From positions 134,788,001 to 134,852,000 of the forward strand of contig OX597817.1 in NCBI GenBank assembly GCA_951406725.2: DNA of 64,000 nt, written 5' to 3'. The notes beneath the pieces are model-generated. The model worked only from the letters and a program-made list of their open reading frames with translations. It did not search any database and was not told the origin of the DNA. Of the stretch, positions 41,389 to 54,882 are shown piece after piece. The stretch comes from Octopus vulgaris. Taxonomy: Eukaryota. Made by a program: the position numbers and the translations under genes. How positions within the stretch are numbered: the stretch's first letter is position 1; each line of letters starts with the position of its first letter.

Positions 41389-42019
41389 CAAATTAGTAAA
41401 TAAATGGCACAACTAAGTACCGATATTTACTGGAAATAGCGATCGTAAAAATACGACGCTAAAGTGTAGCTTCACCGCGTATGTATTAGTAAAAATGCGT
41501 GTGTGCAACAAAATAGAGAAAAAAACCGTCTTACCTCCAGGGAGAACATCTGAAAGATGAAACACCCGGAAAATGGATAATGTGGTACCTGCAGGTTTCA
41601 GGTTTTGCAAGATATGTCTCTCACCCATATTTGCTTTACCTTCTTCAGCCAAACATATACCAAGACGAAACTACGATGTTACCACATAAATACCAACACA
41701 CTCGAGTGTGTTGGTATTTATGTGGTAACATCGTAGTTTCGTCTTGGTATATGTTTGGCTGAAGAAGGTAAAGCAAATATGGGTGAGAGACATATCTTGC
41801 AAAACCTGAAACCTGCAGGTACCACATTATCCATTTTCCGGGTGTTTCATCTTTCAGATGTTCTCCCTGGAGGTAAGACGGTTTTTTTCTCTATTTTGTT
41901 GCACACACGCATTTTTACTAATACATACGCGGTGAAGCTACACTTTAGCGTCGTATTTTTACGATCGCTATTTCCAGTAAATATCGGTACTTAGTTGTGC
42001 CATTTATTTACTAATTTGT
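41388..42019. repeat. Perfect 632-bp spacerless palindrome (centre 41703/41704) made of a PLE pLTR-like sequence
   Basis: Identical ORFs on both strands in the track (41413-/41755+, 41580+/41645-). Arm is homologous to 14190-14460. Flanked by (TA)n. Confidence 0.95.
41756..41824 (+). ncRNA. Type-I hammerhead ribozyme (mirror copy 41583-41651 on -)
   Basis: TGG-CTGAAGA-AGGT...ACCT-GAAAC-CTGCAG-GTA^CCA; stem III region ACCTGCAGGT is palindromic. Confidence 0.85.
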
Positions 42020-42071
42020 GTATTTTTCCCTCACGGGCTACTTTTTACTGGAAGGCAATACTTTGTATTAC

Positions 42072-42158
<87 letters not shown>

Positions 42159-42389
42159 GTATATATATATAAATATATATATATAATTGTATGTATGTAT
42201 GTATGTATAAAGGCGCAAATATGGCTGTGTGGTAAGAAGCTTACTTCCGACCACATGGTTTTGGATTCAGTTCCACAGCGTGGCACCTTGGGCAAGTGTT
42301 TCTACTATGGCTTCAGGCCGACTAAAGCCATGTGAGTGGATTTGTTGACGGAAATTGAAAAAAAGCCCGTCGTATATATGCATACATAC

Positions 42390-42453
<64 letters not shown>

Positions 42454-42782
42454 CCATCCCCAAATACAACAATATATATGTATGTTTGTGTGTATGTATG
42501 TATGTATGTATGTATGTATGTATGTATGTATGCGCGTGTGCATGTGTCTCTGTGTTTGTATTTGCCCCCTCCCCCATCACTGCTTGACAGCAGGCGTCGG
42601 TGTGTTTACATCCACCTAACTTAGCGGTTCGGCAAAAGGCTCCGACAAAATAAGTACTAGACTTAATGAATAATTTCTGGGGGCGATTTGTTCGACTAAA
42701 ACCTATCAAGGCGGTGCCCCAGCGTGGCCGCACTCAAATGACTGAAATAAATCAAAGAATCAAAGAATCAAAGAATCAAAGT

Positions 42783-43250
42783 AAACTCTCCACAGTCTGT
42801 CTACCCCATGTGAAAGGCTTCTCCGAAAAGATACTAAAGATATGCGGCCCATATGACATGAGGACAGTATTCAAAAATTGAATTCACTTCGCAAATAGAA
42901 GAGAATATGACCAAAGACTGCGTGTACTCCCTCCCATGCAGCTGTGGTAGGTTATGCAAAGACGAAACATACCGCACCCTCAGAAAAAAAAGGGGAGACG
43001 AACATCGCAAAGCTGTGACACGGGTAGATATTGATAAATCAGGTATAGTTGATCATGTATGGAAAAATGGAGACCACCTCCCCCAGTGGGATGAAGTTAA
43101 AATAATAGACAGAGAATAACACTGGAAAATACGAAAACTAAAAGAAGCAGCACATATGCTAGGACACAACAACCTCCTAAGTAGACCGAGTGCAGATATG
43201 AACAACATATGGGAATCGGTATTAAGGAAGGATAGAAAAATATTAGATTT
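42783..43250 (+). mobile_element. Second PLE fragment: GIY-YIG endonuclease region (Penelope/Poseidon-like)
   Basis: VCLPHVKGFSEKILKIC...CVYSLPCSCGRLCKDETYRTL...EHRK...SGIVDHVW...WDEVKIIDRE*HWKIRKLKEAAHM. Confidence 0.8.
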
Positions 43251-44069
43251 ATAAGCCCTAAAATTAACTTTGTGATTGCTCACGGACATATGGCGTAGTG
43301 GTTAAGCACGCGGGATACTGACCCTAAGATTCTAAGTTCGATTACAAGTAATGACTTGAATAACAACACCAACCATTTTTTGATAAATCCGATAACGGAA
43401 AAAGGCGCTGAGAATCTAAATAAAAGTGTATATATAATCATCCATCATTCTGACTACTTTATTATTCTAAAAGCTCAATATCCCTACATCACTTCAAAAA
43501 CTATCTATTATATAAAATTCGTTTTGTTTGTCTGTGTGTGTGTCTTCTAGGATCTCGGGCATCCGATTGCGCTCAAATTTGATACCGACGGTATCAGGGC
43601 GTGTATAAATCTTGAAAAAGTTACAAAAATCGATTCCAGGTGAGAATGCGATCGATAAAGCCGTTTTTGTCCTGCTTTTCTTCCGTCGATCTGTATATAA
43701 CTGCACCTTCCATTTTTTGTTGTTTTTGTACTGTCTAAAGGCAGGTTCTTTCCTGCCAAGCTTACTGTTTAAACCATGTTTGTGTTCTCCCAGTCAACAG
43801 CCTTATCATCACTGGTACTTTAAACTCTTCGGTTGCATATTTGTGTGAATAAAATCGTTTTTCTTTGGAATAGAAAAAAGTCTATCTTTATTTTTTCTTT
43901 TGCTGGTGTCTCAAATTCAGGTTAAATCAGTGTTTCTCAAAGGGGATGCCTATGGGACGGTCGGACAAGTTGTTTTGAGAAAATTTGGTTTAAATATTTG
44001 ACAACTCAGCACCGTCCATTGGACGAAGGTCGTTTTGCTCGTATGTATGTATATATATATGTATTATAC

Positions 44070-44143
<74 letters not shown>

Positions 44144-44145
<2 letters not shown>

Positions 44146-44770
44146 TAAGAATAGAAAATTTAGAGAAATATTATGACGGTGGCTAACATGCGTAATAAAG
44201 TCAATAGACAACATATTTTTCATATGAATTAGTGTACTTTTTTGTATTATTCGTGGTTTGGGCTTTAACTGCCCTTTCCAGGATGTAAATTGTCCTGTGA
44301 AGGTCACCTCTTTTGTGTATAAAAACGTACACTAATTTATAAGAAAAATATATTGTCTATTGGATTTGTTACGCATGCTGGCCACCGGTAGAATATTTCT
44401 CTAAATTTTCTACCATTCTTATTTCCATAGAAAAAATTTCGTAATTTTGAAGAACTTTGGTACACAGTTTTAATTCTCATTATTATTTGCTGCCGATTGT
44501 AGCTGCGTTTGCGCGATAGATTTGAAAAATTATAATGTATACGGATGGAAATTAATATGCATTAATTTTAGCGCCCTTACTGAAGAAGCACAGAGGGCAA
44601 ATTATTTTATTTGCACATTGATGTTGAAACTCGAGTATAAGGGAAACTATTTAAATGTTTTTATTTTTCATTCCCTTTTAAAATTACTCTTATACGTGGT
44701 TTGGGCTTTAACTGCCTTTTCCAGCATGTAAGGTCACCTCTTTTGTATATAAAAACCTACACTAGTTTAT
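44144..44770 (+). mobile_element. Non-coding HHR element in (TA)n with terminal direct repeat (443-bp period) and inverted 5' segment
   Basis: Direct repeat 44252-44340 / 44695-44770; inverted repeat 44144-44246 / 44318-44423; (TA)n on both sides. Confidence 0.8.
44574..44643 (+). ncRNA. Type-I hammerhead ribozyme
   Basis: CCCTTA-CTGAAGA-AGCA...TGTT-GAAAC-TCGA-GTA^TAAGGG: perfect 6-bp stem I, palindromic stem III. Confidence 0.88.
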
Positions 44771-45042
44771 ATATATATATATACACAAAAGAGGAAAATG
44801 GTGATTGGGAAGTTAATAAATGCTTATTACTATCAGCAAATTAATCATCATCTCTTACATCATCCCCCAATTAATACTCAGTAAATATTCAGCAAATTTC
44901 AAAATTTATATGACCGGAGTATAATATCTTCAGAGGGAAAAATATACCTTGGATGTTTTATTTGTGTTTATTGCTTGGTACCACACGAGTTGAAATATAT
45001 ATGAAAAAAAGGTTTGAAAATGCAACTTTAAAGGTGTTTAAT

Positions 45043-45086
45043 CACTTGACCGGTTTCACCTTTTTAGAAAAAGATTGTCAAAAATA
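45043..45086 (-). ncRNA. Decayed hammerhead ribozyme
   Basis: TATTT-TTGACAA-TCTTTTT-CT-AAAAAGGT-GAAAC-CG-GTC^AAGTG. The core has two transitions from CTGACGA; stems are retained. Confidence 0.5.
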
Positions 45087-45570
45087 AACTGTAAAGCTTT
45101 GTATATGCTTTGTTGTGTTAAGTACTGGTTATCACAAAAGAAATTAAAATATATATTCATTCTTTGATAATAATAAGAAAATGTTACTCTTCGCAAATGT
45201 TTAATATAATGGCTTCTGGAATAAAAAAGCTTAATTACATTGTAAATTCAACACTGCTGAAAACATTAAAACGCTTAGATCAGAAATATGTGACTATTTA
45301 CTTTCTGCATGTCTGTGTATATATATATATATATATTTCTTTACTACCCACAAGGGCTAAACACAGGGGGGACAAACAAAGACAGACAAAGGGATTAAGT
45401 CGATTACATCGACCCCAGTGCGAAACTGGTACTTAATTTATCAACCCCGAAAGGATGAAAGGCAAAGTCGACCTCGGCGGAATTTGAACTCAGAATGTAA
45501 CGACAGACGAAATACGGCTACGCATTTCGCCCGGCGTGTTAACGTTTCTGCCAGCTCGCACACACACACA

Positions 45571-45630
<60 letters not shown>

Positions 45631-46681
45631 CATATACATACGTATACGTACATGTATATACATATGTATATATGCATATATATATATACATATACATATA
45701 TACATGGCCGCAGTGAAATGACTGAAACAAGTAAAAGCGTAAACGGTGTAAGTATATGTGTAGATCATTACGCACGCACACACACGCACACACACACACA
45801 CATACATATATATACAGAGATAGAGAAGTTTATATCATAAATGTTTATAAGTGTAATTATTATATGTGTATATCTACAGACATATGTACCTACCTACGTG
45901 TGTACGTACTACATACACATACACACGCGCATACATACATATATACATACATATCTACACGCACACACATATATACCTACCTGCAGCCAACCTAAACATA
46001 CATCCCTACGTACACACCCGCATACACGCATACACACTTAAATACATTCCACGCTTTTAATGGGGAAGCATTAATTTCCTCCTTCCTACCACCACCACCC
46101 ACTCCATTACCGCCACAATCACCCCCTCTCACCACTATGTTGTTGTTATGATACAAAATAATTCTAAACAAATTATACACACAGCAACTCTACTCTTCCT
46201 GTCAATCATGATATTGTAAAGTAATTTCAGCTTTCTATTCATGTTACCGAGCCGCCATTTTTCAAGGATTATTTTTACTAATAACGAAGAGGCACATGTG
46301 ATTTCAATTGAAGAAATTGTATTCTACTGCCTTTTCTCATTTTCTAGAATTTTCTACTTTCAATATACTACAGATTTTGCTTTCAATTTATGTTCTAGTT
46401 TGCTGTTTTATTTAATTTCTTTTGGGGTTTTCCTTTTTTGTTTATCTTGCTTTGCTATTTAATATATTTTTTTTTATTTTCCATTTTATTTCCCGTTTGT
46501 TTGTTGTTGTCGTTAAAGACATGAGCACAAAATTTATTTAATTATATTATTAAAGGCAAGTATACACGGCCGATACATTCTTTTTCTCTCCCCACCTCCT
46601 ACTCATTCCGTTTATAAATTCTCCTCTCCCTCTCTCTCTTTCTCTCTTTATATATGTATATATACATATATACATATATAT

Positions 46682-46712
<31 letters not shown>

Positions 46713-46721
46713 ATGTATGTA

Positions 46722-46763
<42 letters not shown>

Positions 46764-46937
46764 CATATATGTTTGTATGAGAGTATGCACGCACACACAC
46801 ACATGCTTGTGTATATGCGTTTATCTATATGCACAATAAGTGTGTATATATGTATATGTGTTTGTGTGTAAGTATGAGCGTATGTATATATATATGTATA
46901 TATATATGTATACATATATATATATATATATATATGT

Positions 46938-46992
<55 letters not shown>

Positions 46993-47002
46993 TTTACGTG
47001 TG

Positions 47003-47033
<31 letters not shown>

Positions 47034-47139
47034 GTTTACCTTTCCGGCTAACTGAATTGGCAGCAGCCACGTTGATCGATAGCTCGATCGATAGAGAGAC
47101 AGAGAGAATGAGACACGCACACGCGCACACACACAGATG

Positions 47140-47175
<36 letters not shown>

Positions 47176-47214
47176 TGTATGTATGTATGTATGTATGTAT
47201 GTATATATAGATAA

Positions 47215-47312
<98 letters not shown>

Positions 47313-47493
47313 CCACCGTTGTTTAATTTAATACACTAAGCTAGTTATGATGAGGGCGGAGTTTCAACAAAATTTATTGAAATGTTTTCTTGAATTCATT
47401 TTATTTCCTTTTTAATTATATTTTGTTTTCATTAATTATGATTTTCATCTTTATTTTACAGACGGTTTTTGAAAATGTTTATATGGCTTCATT

Positions 47494-47496
<3 letters not shown>

Positions 47497-47536
<40 letters not shown>

Positions 47537-47547
47537 CATTATTATCA

Positions 47548-47593
<46 letters not shown>

Positions 47594-47633
47594 CATCATC
47601 ATCATCATCATTATTATTGTTGTTGTTGTTGTT
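47497..47633. repeat. (ATT)n/(ATC)n/(GTT)n compound microsatellite
   Basis: Direct reading. Confidence 0.95.
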
Positions 47634-48159
47634 GAAGCAATGGCGCTGATGTATCCATTTCACTTCTATCAGATTCTATTAGATATCCCTGATAGTAATT
47701 TTATCAATCAGCCTGAGTAATGACTGGTATAATGCATATGCGTTTTTAAACTACAGAAGTCTTTGCTTTCCATGCCCTGTATCTAAGGAAAACTGGTGTT
47801 GTGAGCTCCATTCATCATTCTGCATAATTAACTTAGTCTAAATGAATTCATTAATGCAGTTTTGATATATGGAAGTATGTTTAAAGTTAAACTAAAATTG
47901 CGTATTCAGAGAAGAAAGCATGTCTTTATTAGTAATATTCATTTAGTTGTTTGTTTATGTATTTATTGTTTAGGATTTTTGTGGGAGACAACTCTCCATC
48001 TTTCACGAATGTCTGGGATATTCTGCGAAATATATCGACACACCGTCTTTATTTTTTTTTCTCTTGCGGATGGGTTATAAGCAGGGCAACTGAAGCAAGA
48101 AAATATTCAGGATTGTATATTTTGCCAGAGATTACTAGCTAGCTAGCTAGCTAGCTAGC

Positions 48160-48239
<80 letters not shown>

Positions 48240-49065
48240 CATTAATAGAAAGAATCATTAGATTAGACAGACAGACAGACAGACAGAGTGTATGTGAAAG
48301 AAGGAGAGAGCTAAGCATTATTTTAGAGCATTGAGGTTAACACTCTTAACTCTCGTTATTTGGCGCCAGCGCAGACAGGATTTTGCTGATGTATATCCCA
48401 AGTCTCTCCATTGCAATTATAGCCTGTTTAAGACCACATTGGCGGATATGTTTCCTACTTTTAAGACGGTAGGGTGTGATGTGAGTGTAATTTATCTACT
48501 TTTTATAGAAGGCTGACTAAGCATGCGCAGGCCCTCTCGTCGTATTCAGTCACTTAATGTCTTTATGACTGCGGTTACTGCAGCAGTTGATGATTTATGT
48601 CGTACGAAAGTTCATAAAATTTAATAAATGTTGTGGAAGAAGTGAAATTTAACGTTTTAGACGAATAAATTAGTATGTTTTATGACTATGGATATCATTC
48701 GGCCATATTTAAAGATTTTCGGCACATTCTTGTTCATTTCTTCTCCAAACTTAGAATATTGTCTTTTATCATGGCCTCTGGTAGACGAAATACCTGGATA
48801 GAAGGCAAAGTCGCGTAGTAAATATGTGTGGATGTAACTACGAGTCTTTCGCTTCGATCTCACTGCCAGGCCTATTAGAAAAGCGTCTTTTATAAACGCA
48901 TCATTTCCATTAAAACCTAGTGAGTTAAATTTTATAGAAGCATTATCAGTTCCGTTCTTGGATTGTAGACTTGATCAGTCTCAATGTCATACACCTCCAC
49001 CTGATCTACGTGACCCTTTGGTAGCAAGTATTCGAATAAAGTTTACAGTCTAAAAAATAGGTTGG

Positions 49066-49096
<31 letters not shown>

Positions 49097-49593
49097 CCTT
49101 TCCTACAACTTCCATTTTCTCCTTCACCATACCTTTTATTTCCTCTATCGTGATATATCTCACTTCGGTCTGCTATGGAGGCTATTTAGGTTTTCAACAG
49201 TCCAAAAGGTATTTTTCTCCAACGAAGAGACTTGCTATGTCAGATTTCAATATACGTTATATCGTTGACTATGGCGCTATTTGGAAGGTTCTAGGCTGAT
49301 CTGGCAATCCTTGAGCCCATTGAATTATGGTTGAGTTTGTCGTCGATACTTTGAAGCATAATAGTATGTTCAGAAACCTTTCTTGTGATTTCAGGGTAAC
49401 TGACGCAAAGGCGGGCGGTTTTCTTACTCCCTGACTTAAATGACTATGGATGTTTCTTATAGCGACTTTCGAAAGCGTTCAGCGTAAGTCTCGTGTAATT
49501 GCTTCCTAAGTACGTATACACACACGCAGACTCTCATGTACACACATCTCATAAATACAGCATATACATGTATTTATGCACACACACACACAA

Positions 49594-49624
<31 letters not shown>

Positions 49625-51172
49625 AATTATTTCGAGGATATAGATACCTCCTAAAGGGATGCCAGTATCCAGGTTCCCCGGTTTTATCCAGTGTATCTGT
49701 GAAATATCAGAGGATGTTAGCTTCGCAATGATAGATATGGTACGTTACCATTTATATATACATAGACTGGCTGTGTAGTAAGTAGCTTGCTTACCAACCA
49801 CATGGTCCCGGGTTCAGTCCCATTGCGTGGTAACTTGGGCAAGTGTCTTCTACTACAGCCTTGGGCCGACCAAAGCCTTGTGAGTGGATTTCGTAGACGG
49901 AAACTGAAAGAAGCCCGTCGTATATATATATGTATGTATATGTGTGTGTGTGTTTGTGTGTCTGTTTGTTTCCCCAACATCGGTTGACAACCGATGTTGG
50001 TGTGTTTACGTCCCAGTAACTTAGCGGTTCGGCAAAAACGACCGATAGAATAAGTACTAGACTTACAAAGAATAAGTCCTGGGGTCGATTTGCTCGTCTA
50101 AAGGCGGTGCTCCAGCATGGCCGCAGCCATGTATATACCTTTTCATTCCTACATAACTACAATAATCTTAAGATACATCAATTTTTTAAATTGCACTATT
50201 ATTTCTCTTTCAATGACTTTCTCCTACCTCTGTTTACACTTTATCTAATAAGAATAATATAATATAATGCACCTAATAATAATAATAATACTTGATTCCT
50301 ATGTATGCATATACATTTTAATATTTGTATATGTATTTATATATATTTATGTATATGTGTGTATATGTAAAAGTATGTATATATGTATTTATATTTATAT
50401 CTTAAAATTATGAACTCCGTGACAAAGCCCAGAGACACACCTAAGTACCTTAATCTTATCTATCAAATACTTCAAACCACCGGAGGGATAAGAGTAGCAT
50501 GGGGTACTATGGCCTCTTCGCTGAAACAGCTGTAAGATACTATCCTACATTCTATGCTCTACATTATGTATTTTAATAATTATTGGCATTTTTGTATTTT
50601 ATATTTTTATATTTTATATTTTACATATTATATATGTAAAGCATAATCTGTTATATACATGTATGTATATTGTTATAATTGCCTTTTAAAAAAATAAATA
50701 GACATAATATAATGTCTAAAAGCTAATGAATACCACCTCTCGACCCCCTCCATTTTCTTATTGCTGTATGTATGCATACATATGACCTTCCCTCGCAAAT
50801 ACTAATAGGATACATAATGTGTGTCGTTAGCCAGCTGGAAGAGATGTCTTCGCGGTGTTATAAAAGTCAGTAGCACTATCATGTATAGGACGCCACATTT
50901 AGTTAGTAATTATATGTTACATATAAACTGTGCTATTATTTAACAACTCTACATAGAGAAATAACTACACAGCAGCCATACAAAGTTGGCTTAAAAATTG
51001 AAAAGGAATTTCAGGACTTGGACAGGAAACTACACTTGTTCAGGCACTTCATATAACGGTCGAAAATAGACAGATTCCACTACTATAACATTCTACTGAG
51101 TGGAAAATTTAAAAAAACACGTCTCGATCAGTATTGAGCAGCGAGTTGTTGATGCACTGCAGTGTAGATATT

Positions 51173-51632
51173 TATTTCTTTATTTCCCACAAGGGGCTAA
51201 ACATAGAGGGGGCAAAGAAGGACAGACAAAGGAATTAAGTCGATTACATCGACATCAGTGCGTAACTGGTACTTATTTAATCAACCCCGAAAGAATGAAA
51301 GGCAAAGTCGACCTCGGCGGAATTTCAACTCAGAACATAAAGACAGACCGCTAAGCATTTCGCCCGGCGTGCTAATGATTCTGCTAGCTCACCGCCCTAA
51401 ATATTCTTTTCTACTCTAGGCCCAGAGCCCGAAATTTTTTTGTTGGGCGAGGGAGGGTGCCAGTCGATTAGATAGACACCAGTGCGCAACTGGTACTTAA
51501 TTTATCGACCCCGAAAAGATAAAAGGTAAAGTCGACCTCGGCAGAATTTGAACTCAAAACGTAGACAGAGGAAATACCGCAAAGCATTTCGCCCGGTGTG
51601 CTAACGTTTCTGCCAGCTCCTCGCCGCCTTAG
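51173..51632 (-). mobile_element. SINE family B dimer inside one 16-bp TSD
   Basis: CTGCAGTGTAGATATT at 51157-51172 and 51633-51648. Confidence 0.8.
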
Positions 51633-52489
51633 CTGCAGTGTAGATATTGCTGCACTCAGTGTAGAAGGATATATTTAATAAAGTTGGTGATGAATAAACC
51701 TTGTCAAGGGAGATTTACTTGGAAACAGGATATTTCCACTGCATGACCGTAAGACCAGTAATATAATTAACCATTACTGGCTTTAAAGGGCGTGGTTTAG
51801 TGGTTGGGGTATTCCACTCCGGTCATACGGTCATGAGTTCGATTCCTGAAGGTGTGTTTGTCTCCTTGAGCAAGAGACTTTATTTCACGTTGCTCCAGTC
51901 CACGCAAGCTGGTAAAAATGTGTAGCGCCGCGCTGAATCGCCTTTAGATCTTCGTTAAAGGTATGTGTGCCTGTGGAGTACTCAACCACATGCACGTTAA
52001 TTCTATGAACATGATGTTTCATTGATCGGACAACATGGAGCTCTTACCATCGTAATCGATAGAGCGTCAGTAATTTGGCTGTGGGGGTCGAAGAAATGTC
52101 TAAGAGACAGTAGGAAGCAAATTCAAGATATAAGGAAGAAAGACGACATTCAGCGCCATGACAAACCAGAAATGAAGCACGGACTCTTCACCGCTTGAAC
52201 CCTCCAAACGAACATCTAAATGTTACTGGCACATTTTCTGCAATGTTCGGTAGGCATCTTGTATCTTCCTTTCCTCTTCTTTACTTGTTTCAGTCATTAG
52301 ACTACGGCCAAGAATTTTTACTCGAACTTCTATTCGAACAGTACTTGACTTTTTAAAACGTGTTACTAACCCTGACGGCCTCTTTTGCCGAACCGCTAAG
52401 TTACGGAGACGTAAACACACCAACACGGGTTGTCAAGCGGTGGTGTGAGACAGAAATACACATACACGCACAAGCACACAATGTACATA

Positions 52490-52560
<71 letters not shown>

Positions 52561-52586
52561 GGGTGTGTGTGATTGTGTATAGAAGA

Positions 52587-53027
52587 ATATATTAATAAAA
52601 GGAATTCCAGCCTTGTCTGATTTTCACGTTTTATTTACAATCTTATAATGATATAATATAAGATAATATAATATAATAAAATAAGATAAACTAATAGAAT
52701 GTTAAATGTTCATTCTGATTGAACTAGTACTTTCATGCATTAAATTATGCAATCTTCAGGTTTATGCAGTAGTGGTGACAGTCATGCTTCACAATTTTCG
52801 ACTGTGAAAATTGTGAAAATTGTCGAAAATTGTGAAGCATGACTGTCACCACTACTACATGAACCTGAAGATTGCATAATTTAATGCATGGAAGTACTAG
52901 TTCAATCAGAATGAACATTTAGCATTCTATTAGTTTATCTTATTTTATTATATTATATTATATCATTACAAGATTGTAAATAAAACGTGAAAATCAGACA
53001 AGGTTGGAATTCCTTTTATTAATATAT
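52587..53027. repeat. ~210-bp-arm palindrome (52587-52802 / 52822-53027) in TA-rich microsatellite
   Basis: Arms are reverse complements with a few substitutions and a ~10-nt indel; 19-bp spacer. Confidence 0.93.
52721..52763 (-). ncRNA. Type-I minimal hammerhead ribozyme (mirror copy 52861-52903 on +)
   Basis: Consensus GAAC-CTGAAGA-T-TGCAT-AATTTA-ATGCA-T-GAAAG-TA-CTA^GTTC. Left copy has AAAC in stem I; right copy has GGAA instead of GAAA. Confidence 0.78.
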
Positions 53028-53037
53028 ACATACATAC

Positions 53038-53110
<73 letters not shown>

Positions 53111-53187
53111 TCAAAATGTAACCACATGTGGAACGTTGACGATACTTTTCCTCCGTCTTCCTTTTCTCTTGGACTTTCGCCCCTCTC

Positions 53188-53226
53188 TTGTTTTTGACGA
53201 AGAACTTTGCTCTAAACGTAAAACAA
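53188..53226 (+). ncRNA. Decayed minimal HHR-like motif in a short insert between (TA)n tracts (~53110-53330)
   Basis: TTGTTT-TTGACGA-AGAAC-TTT-GCTC-TAAAC-GTA^AAACAA: 6-bp stem I, two core changes. Confidence 0.45.
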
Positions 53227-53326
53227 CCTTTCCTTCCCTAAGCATTTGCTAATACTTTGCATGTACCACGTACTCGCGTTGTTGTCTTATTCTTGTTGTG
53301 TTTGTTCTTCGTTTTTTTTTTATTAG

Positions 53327-53366
<40 letters not shown>

Positions 53367-54249
53367 GACAGTATCTTTTAGCTCCCTTCTACCAAATCCA
53401 TTGATAAGTGTTTTCGGTAGAAGACACTTTCCGGAGGTTCCACGCAGTGGGGCTGAACTCGGAGCCACGTGACTGGGAAGCAAACTTCTCACCTCACAGC
53501 CACGTGACTGGGAAGCAAACTTCTCACCTCACAGCCACACTTGCACCGAACTAAATTACTTTTTTGAACTGAGAGGAAAACAGTATTTGGGGAAAAGCTC
53601 CGACTCCATATTTAAAGAAATATAAGGAGTTACTTCTCCAGGATTGGTTATCGAATCGGTTTGTAATATTATTTCTTGGCTGGTGGATGGTCTTAGTAAT
53701 CTATTATATATTTTCTTAATTTTGTTTTGCTTTTATTTTTGTCGTTATTTATGCGCAATTTAAATTTCGTTTTTCTTTTTCCCCGCTACATTTTTTTTTC
53801 TTTCTCTGCGATTCTCTGAAATACATTTGTACATTTGTGATATTTGAAATCTCATTAATCTAGACAGGAATTTTAGAAAGGAAAATGCAATATTTCTTAA
53901 TAAAACACATATAAAAAGCGATTACACATACAATAAAAGATTCACGTCAGAAAAGTAATCTCGTAAAACTAATAAGTTGCAGCAATTTTCTCCTGAAAGT
54001 CGTTAATATGACACAAATACACGAAGACATAACATTTCATGGGATATCAACATTATTTGAGGGGAGGGGCTGCCAGGAAATTAATGATAATACAATGTGT
54101 AAGTGCTTAAAGGCCAACTTTGCTAAATTTCGAAATTCTGTGTCAAGTGACGAAATCGTTTTCTTCACAATAGTAGCAGACGAAATCAATAAATTTAACT
54201 CTTTCTCTCTCGTTTTCTCTCACTTTCTCTCACTCTTTCTCGCTCTGGC

Positions 54250-54287
<38 letters not shown>

Positions 54288-54663
54288 CTCCTCTTCTCTC
54301 TTTCTCTCTCTTAGTAGAATGGTCAACAAAATAAAGTGTTTTTATATTTTCTCAATGGAGATTAAATTAGCCTTTTCTGAATACATTTTAGAGGTCGATG
54401 GTAAATTTGTCTTTGGTTGTTCGCTAGCACGTTTAGGTTTAGAAATTTTAGCTTTTATTTTTCTGGAATTTATCAACACTTAAAGTGTATTAAATAACAT
54501 TTTATACAAAATTTGTTTATTACTTGAACCGAAACACACGCCATACACTGGAGTCATTGATACCCAATTCAATCTTATTATTATAAAATATATTCAATAA
54601 AATAAACACGTTATTGAACAATACACTCACATACACACATATGTGGGTGTCTCTGTGGGTGTT

Positions 54664-54780
<117 letters not shown>

Positions 54781-54825
54781 TGATTGATAGATAGATAGAG
54801 AAATAGATAAATAGATACATACACG

Positions 54826-54876
<51 letters not shown>

Positions 54877-54882
<6 letters not shown>

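Noticed and set aside
41413-41994. Identical 79-aa and 60-aa ORF pairs
   Set aside because: By-products of the palindrome; the homolog at 14.2-14.4 kb conserves RNA structure rather than this ORF start.
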